A stretch of DNA of 63,957 nt, filler included, from Octopus bimaculoides (lineage: Eukaryota): NCBI RefSeq assembly GCF_001194135.2. It is 6 parts of 6 records of this genome, joined end to end, with 100 filler letters (N's around TTAATTAATTAA, not from the genome) between each part and the next. Parts side by side here need not be neighbours in the genome. Positions count along the whole stretch, not along the records: positions 39,865 to 49,248 come from NC_069000.1; positions 49,349 to 54,563 come from NC_068988.1; 4 more parts are not named here. The stretch is one strand, 5' to 3'. The first letter of the stretch is position 1. Every line of letters starts with the position of its first letter. The translations under genes and the position numbers were made by a program. The notes beneath the pieces were generated by a model that was given only the letters and a program-made list of their open reading frames with translations, was not told where the DNA came from and made no database searches. Of this stretch, positions 39,865-54,112 are shown piece by piece.

Positions 39865-40889
39865 GTGGTTGGTAAGTAAGCTACTTACTACACAGCCACT
39901 CCTGCGCCTAAAACGTGAGGACCTAAAATGTAAAAGTGGTCTTGAATTTGTCTAAGCCCGGTCGGCCGCTGTCAGTTTCTGCTTTTCATGGTCGAGATGT
40001 CAGATATTTTAGCATCCCATATCATCGATTATGGCGGCCCGTCGTAGAAATGAGTCTCGCAAGATGGAGTGGCTACCGCAGTGAGTATCGCTGGTCATTC
40101 TCCGCGGCAACGCCATCGCGGTCATTACCAATGGGCGCAGCTGAACACCACACTTGTTCTACGATTCCCAGGAGCGGCTGAGCACCCAACGTGTTCTGGA
40201 ATATGTGGGTCATCGTCCCCTCCCCTTCTATCCTCGCTGCTTTACCCTACCACCAAGCATGGAATCCTAATGCACCTGAAAAGAAAACCCAGAATGATAC
40301 AGGATACCACATCGTAAGGTATCTATGCAACAGAAACACACATCGGACAGTTTACAAGAGAATATATGGCACATGTGTCTAATAAACAAGCTTCGTTTAT
40401 ATACAATCTTCCGTCCCGATGTTAACGCTTCAAATATACACCCTGTATACTATAGAAAATCTAAAAAAGCGAAGTCAGGGTTTACCCATCGGGTAAAATA
40501 TCATGTGATTGTTTACCTTAAAGAATTTCTTGTAGTTCCATATCATTCCTTTGTGAGATACATGCACGAATTTCATATTCCTATCGATTCACGACATACA
40601 TATATACATACATACACACACAAGCGCCCATATACTTTTTTTATAAAAAGCTATATTATTCTGTAAATATTTCACAAAGCTTCGCCGTCTATTATGTTAT
40701 TCTCCGTATGTAAATCTTCAGACATTCTAATAGACTGTCCTCTGGATGATATTGTGGGTTAAAAGAGATGAAACAATCAGGATTCCGGATTCTACAGCTG
40801 ACGAGGTGTTTCCTTTACATTGCCGTTTTCTCTCAAACTCTATTTTAATTTTTCTGTCACTGCATCAATCATTACATATTTGTGTGTAT

Positions 40890-40925
<36 letters not shown>

Positions 40926-41071
40926 ACTTCGAATTTTCGAGTTGCCTGAAGCTTCGGATTTTACCTATTGAGTTACACAACCACTAGTTGAAGAGGCGAT
41001 TAGACGAAACTCGTTGTTCGTTCTGACACGAATTTTACGTTAGATACATACATACGTTCATACACACACAC

Positions 41072-41121
<50 letters not shown>

Positions 41122-42199
41122 ATACGTTTACCGTGGATGAAATCATAATGCACCTGAAAAAATACAGAATGATACTGGATATCACATCGTAGGGTATCTA
41201 TGCAACAAAAACACGCATCGGACAGAGTTTTAAAGAGAATATATGGCACATATGTCTCTAATAAACGAGCTACACGCACACTGATACTATCACAAAGTTC
41301 CACACATGCAAAGCGAGAACCACTCACACCTTATCTCATACTATTGTCCATATGGATGTGTATTCCGCAGGCACATATGAGCTGAACAGTTGAAACACAG
41401 AACTAGGAATCACGGCTGCAAAAAAGTGGGCATCTGTCCTGCTTCATTCGACCAACTCTTACACAACGTTTGGGACAACTCGAGGCTTAAGAAGGAAAAC
41501 AAAAACCTAGCGGAAAATGTCAGGTTAGAACCTGCAGCCTCTCGGTTACTAACAAAAGCGTCGGAACCACTTGGCCTTTCCTGCCTTCCTGCACTCATAA
41601 ATACCAACTCAGGCACTTTCAACTCTCTCTCTGTCTCTCTCTCTCTGTCTGTCTCTCTCTCTGTGTCTCTCTCTGCGTCTCTCTCTCTCTCTCTCGCTAT
41701 CTCTCNNNNNNNNNNCTACCTTTCTCTGTGTCTCTCTCTGCGTCTCTCTCTCTCTCTCTCTCGCTATCTCTCTCTCTCTGTCTGTCTGTCTCTGTCTCTG
41801 TCTGTCTGTCTCTCTGTCTCTGTCTGTCTGTCTCTCTCTCTCTCTGTGTCTCTCTCCGTCTCTCTCTGTCTCTCTCTCTCTGTCTCTCTCTCTCTCCTCA
41901 TGTTCTTTTTCTGTCTCTCTCTCTTTCTCTCTCGCTTTCTGTCTTTTTCTCTTTTACGCTACCCCTACCTCACGTTCTACTGCTTTCTCCCCTTTCTTTT
42001 CTTTCGTGCTCCTCCTCAATATCTCACTTGCTTTTCCTCTTTCCACACCTCTGATCTCTCTCTCTTTTTCCCTTTACTTCTCCCTCTCTCTCTCCCTCTT
42101 ACTCTATCACTTTTGTCCTTTCGTCTCTTTCCTTTAAACTCGCACTTTCTTGCTCATTACTTCCCGTCCCCCTACACCCACCCACACACACATACACAC

Positions 42200-42234
<35 letters not shown>

Positions 42235-45200
42235 NNNNNNNNNNNNNNNNNNNNNNNNNNNNNNNNNNNNNNNNNNNNNNNNNNNNNNNNNNNNNNNNNN
42301 NNNNNNNNNNNNNNNNNNNNNNNNNNNNNNNNNNNNNNNNNNNNNNNNNNNNNNNNNNNNNNNNNNNNNNNNNNNNNNNNNNNNNNNNNNNNNNNNNNNN
42401 NNNNNNNNNNNNNNNNNNNNNNNNNNNNNNNNNNNNNNNNNNNNNNNNNNNNNNNNNNNNNNNNNNNNNNNNNNNNNNNNNNNNNNNNNNNNNNNNNNNN
42501 NNNNNNNNNNNNNNNNNNNNNNNNNNNNNNNNNNNNNNNNNNNNNACTAAGCCTAACTCTTCCTCCTCCTCCCCCACTGTGGTCTCAATAACTTTCTCAC
42601 TTCTCCCTCTCTTTCTCTTTGTTACACACACACACAAATACACAACGCACACACACACACACACATGTACGATGCTCAATTTTTCCCTCCCGTCATTCCT
42701 CCCTCTCCTTCTCTTCTCTCTCCTTCTCTTCTCTCTCCTTCTCTTCTCTCTTTCTTCTTCAAATCACTCTTTTTCTGCTCTCTTCGTCCTCTCGATCTAT
42801 CTTTCACTCTCTTTATCTCTTGACCGCACTCCCGTCATTCTTTCCCCCTCTCTCTTTCTCTCTCTCTCTCTTTCTCTCTCTCCTTTTTTACTCCCAGGTT
42901 TTTCTCTCAGCCTCTCACCACTCCCTCGCTTTATTTCCCTTCTCTCTCTTCGCCTCCTACCCCCAATTCACTCCCTCTCTTGCAGTCACTTTCCCTCCAC
43001 GTTTCCTCTCACTACGGCATCTGTCTCTTAACCTCTCTTACCCCCTTTCATTTCTCATTCTGTTTCCTCCCCTCTCTTTCTCCTTCTCTTTCTATCTCTC
43101 TCTCTCTCTCTATTTATCTCTCTCTAGCTCCATACTCTCTCACTTCTAATATTTACACCCTTTACGGCTCCTACCATCACACATACGCAAACACACACAC
43201 ATACACACACATACTCCTGCCTTCTCCGTACACAACTCTCTCTTCTCCTCCACATACACACACGTATAACCACACACACGCATACACTCAACAACACAAA
43301 AACAAACCTCTCTTTCTCCCATACTGCCTTTCCTCACACCCTCACTCTTGTCTTACTCTCTCTTCCCCTCTCTCTTTTTACCTCTCTCTCTCTCTCACAC
43401 ATTTTTCTCCTATTTTATACTTTCTCGCTACACACATACACGCACATGCAAACACACACATACGCACTTATACACAGTCACATGCACACACACACACACA
43501 CACACACACAGACGCACACATCCCATCCGCCTCTACGGAGACACTCAGTATGCTAGAAATAGCAGCTAAAACCCTCTTTCGGATTTCATCCAACGTTTTT
43601 AAAAGACACACGCATTAGATACAGCATTCCCGGGACCCCTACAAAAGATATACAAATTAAAGTCGAGATGGCCACGGGTGGGATGTCTTTGATCTAAACA
43701 AACTTTGTTCCCCCTCAAATCGCTAGTTTAGTGGAAAACACACCATGTCCGTTTCTTCGACGGGATGGTCGTTAATAGGCTGGATCCCCCTTGATAATTG
43801 AGTCTGCCGGATCGAGACTGACCTTGGGCTAAAGAAACAACAACAGTGATTTCATGGGGTGGTTTGACTTGCTAGAAAAGGCAGCTAAATCACCCTCAAA
43901 TCGTACATTACTCGCTGCTGTTTCAGTTTTGGTAAACAGTCTTTTTCATAGAGGTGAGGGTCATAAGTGGATTGGGACACCGTGATAATAGTGTCTTCCT
44001 GTTACAGGACTGGCCATGGGCTAAACAAGAATGATAGCCACAACGACGTCAATGATTCTTCTCGCCCCTCGGTCTTATAATTCTTGTCACACACAAACAG
44101 ACATGCACGCACACACACACACAGCCTATCAATATATACACGCATGCATAGATGTAGGCGAAGCTCCACTATGGCCCGAACCGTGTTGCTTTATGCTAGC
44201 TAAAAACTATAGCATACCGACACACACACACGCACACACACGTAAACGCGCGCGCACACACATACACACGCACACAGATGATATGCTCTCGCACACACAC
44301 ACACACACATACATTGCACTCATCCACACAAATACGCGTACATACACATAATTATACACACACGTACATAGAAACACATTCCACACACACAACACATACA
44401 TACGCACACATACAAACACACACACATACGCACACACACACACGTACAAGCAGCATTTAATTTTCTTTTCCTCTTACATATATGTGTGTGTGCGTGCGTG
44501 TGCTTGTATATGTGTGTGTATATCTGTGTACATAGTTTGGTGTATGTATGTAAATACACACGCGCTTACAGAAATACGTATATATATATANNNNNNNNNN
44601 NNNNNNNNNNNNNNNNNNNNNNNNNNNNNNNNNNNNNNNNNNNNNNNNNNNNNNNNNNNNNNNNNNNNNNNNNNNNNNNNNNNNNNNNNNNNNNNNNNNN
44701 NNNNNNNNNNNNNNNNNNNNNNNNNNNNNNNNNNNNNNNNNNNNNNNNNNNNNNNNNNNNNNNNNNNNNNNNNNNNNNNNNNNNNNNNNNNNNNNNNNNN
44801 NNNNNNNNNNNNNNNNNNNNNNNNNNNNNNNNNNNNNNNNNNNNNNNNNNNNNNNNNNNNNNNNNNNNNNNNNNNNNNNNNNNNNNNNNNNNNNNNNNNN
44901 NNNNNNNNNNNNNNNNACCTCTCCTTCTCCTTCTCCTCCTCCACCGCTTCCTACTACGCTGCTACGACTACGGCGGCGATGACTCTACACCTTCCTTTCT
45001 TTCTCTCCCTCTCTCTTTCTTACTTTCTTTCTCTCTTTCTCGCTCTTTACTCTTTCTTCATCTCTCTATCTCCCTCTTCTCCTCTCATTCATTTCTACCT
45101 TCCTCTGCCTCTCTCTCAATCCCGTTCTCTGTCTCTCTCTCACTTTCACTCCTTCTTCCTCTGCCACTCTCTCTCTCTCTTACTTACTTTCTCTCTTTCT

Positions 45201-46626
45201 CGCTCTTTACTCCTTCTTCATCTCTCCATCTCCCTCTTCTCCTCTCATTAATTTCTACCTTCCTCTGCCTCTCTTCAATTCCGTTCTCTGTCTCTCTCTC
45301 ACTTTCACTCCTTCTTCCTCTGCCACTCTCTCTCTCCGTCTCTCACTCCATCTCTTCCTTCACCCTGCCCTTCGTCGTCGTCGTCGCCGACAGTCTCCGT
45401 CGTTATCAGCAACACCGCCTCCAGCATCACCATCATTCACATTTAACAATAAATAACACTGTAGAAACAACAACATCAGCATCAACATCATCATCATCAT
45501 CGCCTTCATCACCATCATCCTCATCATCATCGTCGTCATCGTCATCATCATCTTCCAGGCGCAGCTTCTTTTTATAAGCTTCTAAACTTACCCTGAAGAA
45601 AGGGTGCGAACGCGTCTGCGAAAGAAAAAGAGAGCCTTACGTTCAAATCAAGAGGGATAAAGTATACTTTAGCGTCGTGACATATTTACACCACTTCTTT
45701 CTATTTTGCTTTTACCGAGACAACCACTATTACTACTATTAATACCACCACCACTACTACTGCTATTACTTATACTGGTATAGAACTTCAGGTTCTACTA
45801 CTACTACTACAGTTTGTGCTACTTTTAGCGTCTTCAGTTGTGTACTACGGTACTCTAGTTTACAATGACCATTGCAGGTAATGGTTAATGGCATAATTAT
45901 CACTAACAACAACAACAACAATAATAATTACAGACACTACTTAACTGTAACAGTAACAAACACCACCAAACAATATCACAAACAATCGTCGACACTACAA
46001 ACCGAACACTAACTACGGCAACAGTTAAACACAAAGACTAGAAAAAAAAACTACGACCGACCGCCCACTCTACGACGCCACGAGTGTCTACTACAACTGT
46101 AACAACATCAAAAACACAACCACTACTAACTACAACAGTAGCAACAATAACAATCTAATCATCATCACCGCCACCGCCACCACTATTAACAGCGACTGTG
46201 ACAATATTAATAATAGCGAAGACACCGGTTCCGTAGATGAGAATCTAGACACTACAGCCGTCGCCGTCGGCTCGTCTGAAATCACTACTACCACCACTAC
46301 TACTACCAACTCCTGTACTACCTCAGTGTCTGTCGTCAATAGCACCACTACCATCACCACCACCACCACCACCATTTCATCTCCGGATAGCCCGCGGCTG
46401 TTCGCTTCCGGTGACGGCAACAGTGTTACAGGTAGCAAACATGTCGCCGACACCGCCACCACCACCACCACCACTACCACCGCGACCACCACCACTACCA
46501 CCACTACCACCGTAGCTGCATCCACCAATGGTGGTGGAGGTAGTGGTGGTGGTGATGTTGGTCGCGGTGATGGTGGTGGCGGTAGTGGTGGCGAGAGCGG
46601 TATAGGTTCGGGAGGCGGTGGTGGTG

Positions 46627-46657
<31 letters not shown>

Positions 46658-46748
46658 CGGTGGTGTTGGTGGTAGTAGTGATAGTAGTTGTGGTGATGCT
46701 ATTGAGATTGATGGTGGTGGTGGCGGTGATAGTTTAGCCAGAGGCGGG

Positions 46749-47603
46749 ATGGATTCAGGCAACAGCATCAATAGTAGTCGCAATAATAATAACAATCTTA
46801 ATACTACTACTACTACTACCACTACTACTACTACTACTACTACCACTACTACTAATGATTATAATACTAGTAAAGGTAGCTATAGCAACGGTGTAAATAG
46901 TAGTATTAGTAGTATTAGGAGCTGCAGTAGCAACAACAGTACCACGACAAGTGGTTTCCGAATTGGCGGGTGCCCGTTCTCAAGACTCGCAGGAAGAGGT
47001 CGGGTAGAATATGGGGGTGGCGACGGAGGTGGTGGCGGTGGTGGCGGAGGTGTTGGTAGCCCACCCGACCAGTCTTTGCCCTCGCAACAACAACAACAGC
47101 AACAACGACAATCATCATCAGCAACAACAACAACATTGAAACTACATATTCACTCGACAACAACGGCGACCACCACAACGACGACGATGACCACCACAAC
47201 AACAGCCACAACACCGACGACAACAACAACAACAAAATCAACGACACCAACACTACAACAGCAACAACAACAAAAGCCGCACGTGGCCGGGTTGTGCATG
47301 TGGGCCACGGGATCTTACAAAAGCACATCCCCCTCGTCTTCTCAGTCATCAACGACTTCAGCAACTTCGTCGTCGTCGTCATCTATGGTCCCTACGGCCG
47401 GTATGGGTGGTAGTGGTGGTGGCGGGGGCTGTAGCCCCACGGTCACCAGTCCCGGTAGTAAGAGACAGCGTAAGATCAGTAATATATCAACGACCTCGTC
47501 TTCAGCAGGGTCCGACTCGGAAGGAGTCCAGGATGTTTACACGGAGAGGCGACTCGAGTTACGTGGACTCATCGAAGCAGTTGGCACCCTTATTTTACCC
47601 ACG
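46749..47603 (+). CDS. Probable N-terminal coding exon of a soluble guanylate cyclase alpha subunit, with very long low-complexity insertions
   Basis: Frame open from 46029 to 47642, first in-frame ATG at 46749; islands FRIGGCPFSRLAG and RKISN...RRLELRGLIEAVGTLILPT recall the sGC alpha N-terminus (vertebrate alpha1 ITGECPFSLLA...VYLHTLAESICKLIFP, recalled from memory); strong ACG|GTAAGT donor at 47603. Confidence 0.6.
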
Positions 47604-48796
47604 GTAAGTAAACCTCACTTTCAACGTATTGTAGTTTTGTAGTAGTAGTCGTAGTAGCTGTTGTTGATGGTAACCACGACGATGGTGTTATTATTTAACA
47701 CCTGGTGGACCCCGATCCAGTACATCTAAGAACAAAAGCGACCCAATAGCCCCTGTCACGTTGGTATTACGTGTGTGTGTGTGAATATGTATATTGTATT
47801 ATAAAGAAAAAAAAGGATCAAAGGTCCTTCTCGGGTTCCGTTGAAGGGTTACTCATTTTCTACCACCTGAGTGGACCTGGATAAAGTGAAATGAAGGGTC
47901 TTGTTCAAGAAAACAACGTGTCGCCCGGTCCAGGAATCGAAACCACAATCTTACGATCACGGGTGTAGCGCCCTTAACCACTAAGCCAAGCGACTTCACA
48001 TATATGTATGTGTATGTGTGTTTACATACTTATCTATATGTATGTGTGTGTGTGCACATACATATCTGCACGTGTGTGTACGTTGTGTGTATGTTTCTCC
48101 GTGCATGCGTGTATGTGTGAGTCTGTGTGTATGTGTGTGTGTGTGTGAGTGTATGCACATACATATCTGTCTGTGTGTGTGTATGTTGTATGTTTCTCCT
48201 TGCATGTGTGTGTGTGAGTGTGTGGGCACATACATATCTCTCTGTGTATGTGTATGTTGTGTGTACGTTTCTCCTTGTGTGTGTGTGTGTGTGTGTGTGT
48301 AACCACGGAACACGAGGCTTTACGTTATCCGAAATGTCTACTTTCCATAAAAAGAGTTTAGACGGTGTAAATATGACACAGTTAGGGTTATTTGACTGCT
48401 ATTTCTAGGAGATCGATTAACCATGTTCATGCCCCTTCCTTCTTTCCACGGGAGAGGGGAGGCGGTGCGCAAGCCGAACGTTGACCCATTTATTTATTTC
48501 TGTATTTTTATCATTTAGATTTGTGTTTATTATTTAGATTTATTTGTTTGTTTGCTTTTAAGATATTTATTTATTTGTTTATTTCTTTTGGGATTTTTTA
48601 AAATGTCATTAATGTTGAGCAATAACGGGGTTCGGCTTGCAAACGACGTGGTTCCACGTTCAGTCTCACTGCGCGTTACCTTAGGCAAATGGACTTTTAC
48701 CAAAGCCCCGGGATGGGAAAGAACTTGTAATCGAATTTACTACATACGGAAGTCAGTCCCCCCTCCTCTCTCTCTCTCTGTCTCTGTATATATAGC

Positions 48797-49140
48797 TGGA
48801 GTGGCTGTGTGGTAAGTAGTTTGCTTACTAACCACATGGTTCCGGGTTCAGTCCCGCTGCGTGGCAAGTGTCTTCTACTATAGCCACGGCCCGACCAAAC
48901 CCGTCGTATAAATGTGTATATATATATATATGCATGTATGTATGTGTGTGGATGTTTGTTTGTGTTTACCCACCATCGCTTGACAACTGATGTTGGTGTG
49001 TTCTTCTCCCCGTAACATAGCGGTTCGGCAAAATGGACCGATACTGTAAGTACTAGGCCTACAAAGAATAAGTCCTGGGGTCGATTTGTTTGACTGCTCC
49101 AGCATGACCGCAGCCCCAATTGCTGAAAACAAGTAAGATA
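48797..49140 (+). mobile_element. SINE family A copy
   Basis: Same head, core, microsatellite and tail. Confidence 0.8.
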
Positions 49141-49177
49141 ATTAAGGGCAAAATAGAGGAAGGGAGAAGATCCGAAG

Positions 49178-49248
<71 letters not shown>

Positions 49249-49348
49249 NNNNNNNNNNNNNNNNNNNNNNNNNNNNNNNNNNNNNNNNNNNNTTAATTAA
49301 TTAANNNNNNNNNNNNNNNNNNNNNNNNNNNNNNNNNNNNNNNNNNNN
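49249..49348. other. Artificial scaffold-join spacer
   Basis: Identical structure. Confidence 0.95.
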
Positions 49349-49936
49349 GAGATGGTTGTAATAATGGTGGTGGTGGTAGTGGTGGTGGTGGTGATGGTGG
49401 TGGTAGTAGTGGTGATGGTGGCCGTGGTCGTGGTCGTAGTTGAGATGGTTGTAATAATGGTGGTGGTGGTGGTGGTGGTGGTGGTGATGGTACTGATGGT
49501 GATGGTGATGGTAGTGGTGGTGGTTGTAGTGGTGGTGGTGCTGGTTGTGCTGGTGATGGTGGTGGTTGTGGTGGCAGTGGCAATGGTGGCGCTGGTGGTG
49601 GTGGTGGTAGTAGTGATAATGTTGGTAGTAGTGGTGATGGTGGCCGTGGTCGTGGTCGTAGTTGAGGCGGTTGTAATAATGGTGGTGGCGGTGGTTGTGG
49701 AGGTGGTAATGGTAGTAATGTGTTCTTGTTCTTGTTGTAGTGTTGGTGGAGTTAATGGGGTGTGTGGGTGTGCGTCTGTGGCATAGGATGGTGGAAGTGA
49801 TGACGGCAGCAGTAGTGGGTGGTCACGTGTGGGTGGTGATGCTGATTGCGGTGGTAGCGGTGGTGATGGTAGTAGTGAATATGGCGGATGCGATGGAAGA
49901 CGGGTGACTATGTAACAGTTGAGCTAATGGTGTTCG

Positions 49937-50000
<64 letters not shown>

Positions 50001-50001
<1 letters not shown>

Positions 50002-50429
50002 CACTAGCACCTTCTTTCAATTCTGTTTCCATTTCTTGCCGAGGGTCTTCCTGACACCTAGGGCAGAGAAACGTACTGTATACATTGGTAAGCCATTAAA
50101 GCAAGCACACCAGATCGTTTATTTACAAAGTCATGTGATAGGGAAAAAGAGGAAGACAGAGAGAAAAAGGTTAATACAATCTTTTGCACTTCCAGCATTG
50201 ATGATAAGCCAGAGACCATTCTTAAATAATTTCCAGTTCCTTTTTTGATCATTCCAAGTGTTCTTACAATCACTGGTATTGTAACCGTTTTGAGATGCCA
50301 CATCTTTTTGATTTCGATCAGCAATTCTTTATATTTTCTGAGCTTATCAAATTCTTTTGCCAAAGATATGATCATGTCAATCAATAAACAGACTTTATTG
50401 TTTTGATCTTTCACAACAATATCTGGTTT

Positions 50430-50430
<1 letters not shown>
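50001..50430 (-). mobile_element. 5'-truncated R4/Dong-type LINE 3' end (RLE domain) abutting (TAA)n
   Basis: KPDIVVKD..CLLIDM..KEFDKLRKYKELLIEIKKMWHLKTVTIPVIVRTLG is a PD-D-x-K RLE pattern; 3' end runs into (AAT)n at about 49938-50000. Confidence 0.8.
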
Positions 50431-50464
<34 letters not shown>

Positions 50465-50607
50465 TATGTTTTTTTTCTTCTTTCTTCAAATTCTCTTCTA
50501 TTTCTCGTCATCATCGTCATCATTATCATTATCCTCACCAACATCATCATCGTTATCATCATCATCACCATCATCTTCATCCTCACACCACCATCATTGT
50601 CATAGTC

Positions 50608-50828
50608 AACTTTTCAAAAACGGTCATAACAAGTGATGAATCCCGAAACAAAAGGCTCAGTCTTCGCAGTGGAAGACACCCCACCCCCAGCCTCTCCGAG
50701 ACCGAAGAATGTGAAGACACCGCTCGGCGTTTTCTTCGCCTAAAAGGGGACTGTCCATCGTGGATATGTCCCACCTAGTCCGACACTAAACAAGGAGTAC
50801 AACCGTGACGTTCTGCGGCGTTTGCGGC
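50608..50828 (+). mobile_element. Mariner transposase fragment
   Basis: Frameshifted TVITSDES, PETKAQSSQWK..SPRPK and VFFA*KGTVH..VPP..TLNKEY..DVLRRLR. Confidence 0.75.
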
Positions 50829-51632
50829 NNNNNNNNNNNNNNNNNNNNNNNNNNNNNNNNNNNNNNNNNNNNNNNNNNNNNNNNNNNNNNNNNNNNNNNN
50901 NNNNNNNNNNNNNNNNNNNNNNNNNNNNNNNNNNNNNNNNNNNNNNNNNNNNNNNNNNNNNNNNNNNNNNNNNNNNNNNNNNNNNNNNNNNNNNNNNNNN
51001 NNNNNNNNNNNNNNNNNNNNNNNNNNNNNNNNNNNNNNNNNNNNNNNNNNNNNNNNNNNNNNNNNNNNNNNNNNNNNNNNNNNNNNNNNNNNNNNNNNNN
51101 NNNNNNNNNNNNNNNNNNNNNNNNNNNNNNNNNNNNNNNNNNNNNNNNNNNNNNNNNNNNNNNNNNNNNNNNNNNNNNNNNNNNNNNNNNNNNNNNNNNN
51201 NNNNNNNNNNNNNNNNNNNNNNNNNNNNNNNNNNNNNNNNNNNNNNNNNNNNNNNNNNNNNNNNNNNNNNNNNNNNNNNNNNNNNNNNNNNNNNNNNNNN
51301 NNNNNNNNNNNNNNNNNNNNNNNNNNNNNNNNNNNNNNNNNNNNNNNNNNNNNNNNNNNNNNNNNNNNNNNNNNNNNNNNNNNNNNNNNNNNNNNNNNNN
51401 NNNNNNNNNNNNNNNNNNNNNNNNNNNNNNNNNNNNNNNNNNNNNNNNNNNNNNNNNNNNNNNNNNNNNNNNNNNNNNNNNNNNNNNNNNNNNNNNNNNN
51501 NNNNNNNNNNNNNNNNNNNNNNNNNNNNNNNNNNNNNNNNNNNNNNNNNNNNNNNNNNNNNNNNNNNNNNNNNNNNNNNNNNNNNNNNNNNNNNNNNNNN
51601 NNNNNNNNNNNNNNNNNNNNNNNNNNNNNNNN

Positions 51633-51676
<44 letters not shown>

Positions 51677-52259
51677 AGGTTAACAAAAGTGATTGAAACA
51701 TTCAGATAGATTGACATATCGATTGATCGATAAATTGATACACATCGATATATGTATACATATATAGATGTAAAAACATATATATGCACATAAAACTACA
51801 TATATAGATGCAAACTCAGACACATATCTTTATATTTTAATATTTTGTTGCGTTATATTTTTCGTCGCATTGTTCCTATTCAATAACGCCAAAAGCCAGA
51901 ATGTTATTGATAATCCAATGTGACCACACTTAACAAGCAGCATGCTGCATCAGTCAATAAGCAACAAGCACAAGCTACCATCGCACAATGACAACTGACT
52001 CATAATAATTATTTCATACAATACCTCCAGGCTACATAATTATTATAGCAGTGACGTTGTTGGTATTTCTTTTGTAAGTCTTTCGTAATATGCTTTATCG
52101 TGAGTAGTTTTACATTTGACAATGTAGTTTCTTGAAATCATAAAAACTGCCTTTTGCCTTTTGTGTTTAGGTATTGAACTGCGGTCTTGCTGGAGCACTG
52201 CATTGAAGGGCTTCAGTCGAACGAATTCCCCTCCAGTACTTGAAAAAAAAATATATATG

Positions 52260-52305
<46 letters not shown>

Positions 52306-53289
52306 TGTATATATCTTGCTTATACTTTCGGACACTTTTGCCGAATCGCTGCGTTACGTGTTTGTAAAGAAACCAACATTGGTTGCCAGGCGGTGGTGAA
52401 GCACAGGGACAAATACAAAAGCACGCGTGCACACGATCATATACATATACCGACCGACCTACCGACCTACCTACCTACCTACCGACCTACCTACCTACCA
52501 ACGGGAGCCCCGTATATGTATACATCGATATATGTATACATATATCGATGTTGGCGTGGGCTACCGAATAAGAGTCACATATTTTTACAGATAAATTCCT
52601 CTATTTACATTATATATATATATATATNNNNNNNNNNNNNNNNNNNNNNNNNNNNNNNNNNNNNNNNNNNNNNNNNNNNNNNNNNNNNNNNNNNNNNNNN
52701 NNNNNNNNNNNNNNNNNNNNNNNNNNNNNNNNNNNNNNNNNNNNNNNNNNNNNNNNNNNNNNNNNNNNNNNNNNNNNNNNNNNNNNNNNNNNNNNNNNNN
52801 NNNNNNNNNNNNNNNNNNNNNNNNNNNNNNNNNNNNNNNNNNNNNNNNNNNNNNNNNNNNNNNNNNNNNNNNNNNNNNNNNNNNNNNNNNNNNNNNNNNN
52901 NNNNNNNNNNNNNNNNNNNNNNNNNNNNNNNNNNNNNNNNNNNNNNNNNNNNNNNNNNNNNNNNNNNNNNNNNNNNNNNNNNNNNNNNNNNNNNNNNNNN
53001 NNNNNNNNNNNNNNNNNNNNNNNNNNNNNNNNNNNNNNNNNNNNNNNNNNNNNNNNNNNNNNNNNNNNNNNNNNNNNNNNNNNNNNNNNNNNNNNNNNNN
53101 NNNNNNNNNNNNNNNNNNNNNNNNNNNNNNNNNNNNNNNNNNNNNNNNNNNNNNNNNNNNNNNNNNNNNNNNNNNNNNNNNNNNNNNNNNNNNNNNNNNN
53201 NNNNNNNNNNNNNNNNNNNNNTATATATATATATATATATATATATCAGCACACATACGCCTATATATATATATATATATAGGCTTGGC

Positions 53290-53735
53290 TTGGATTGGCT
53301 GCGTGGTAAGAACCTAGCTTCCCTACCACATGGTTCCGGGTTCAGCTCCACTGCGTGGCACCTTGGGCAAGGGTTTTCTACTATAACATTTAGCCGACAA
53401 AAAGCCCGTCGTATATATGTGTGCGTTTGTGCGTGTGTGTGGGCTTGTGTGTATGTGTGTTTGTCTTTGTGTCTCTGTTTGTTCCCACCACGACCACCAT
53501 TTGGCAACCGGTGTTGGTGTGTTGGTGTCTTTACGTCCTCGTTACTTGGCGTTTCGGCAAAAGAGAGCGATAGAATAAGCACCAAGCTTAAATAAATAAA
53601 TAAAGAAAGAAAGAAAGAAAGAAAGAAAGAAGTCCTGGAGACGATTTTTTCAACTAAAAGCGGTGCTCCAGCATGGCTGCAATCAAATGACTGAAACAAG
53701 TAAAAGAGTAAAAGAGTAAAGAGTAAAAGAGTAAA
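53290..53735 (+). mobile_element. SINE family A copy
   Basis: Same head, core and tail with (GTAAAAGA)n end; further partial copies at about 3030-3330(+), 31855-32010(+), 52150-52410(-) and 59325-59550(-). Confidence 0.8.
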
Positions 53736-54031
53736 TGCATATTGTCTCAGATTGTGTCCCGAGATTTCCTGCAAGGAACTAAGAAGAAAGATAGTGTTCA
53801 ATCATCAGTCTCCTCGACAACGGATCTTATGAGGCTGAACGTTTTCAATAAGCTTGGCATGTCTTAACTTTGTTCTTATTTCGTTGTAAACTAGACTAGA
53901 TATAGCATTCATGTCTAATAGTTCTACATTATGAAAGAGATTCTTTGTCTCTGATTCTTTCACTCGCTCTGTTTCACACTCTATCTGTCAATCTATTTAT
54001 CTACCAACATACCTGCCGGACTGTATGTCTG

Positions 54032-54112
<81 letters not shown>

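Noticed and set aside
13023-47603. A functional cluster linking TUFM and the sGC-like exon
   Set aside because: They lie on different scaffolds separated by artificial spacers
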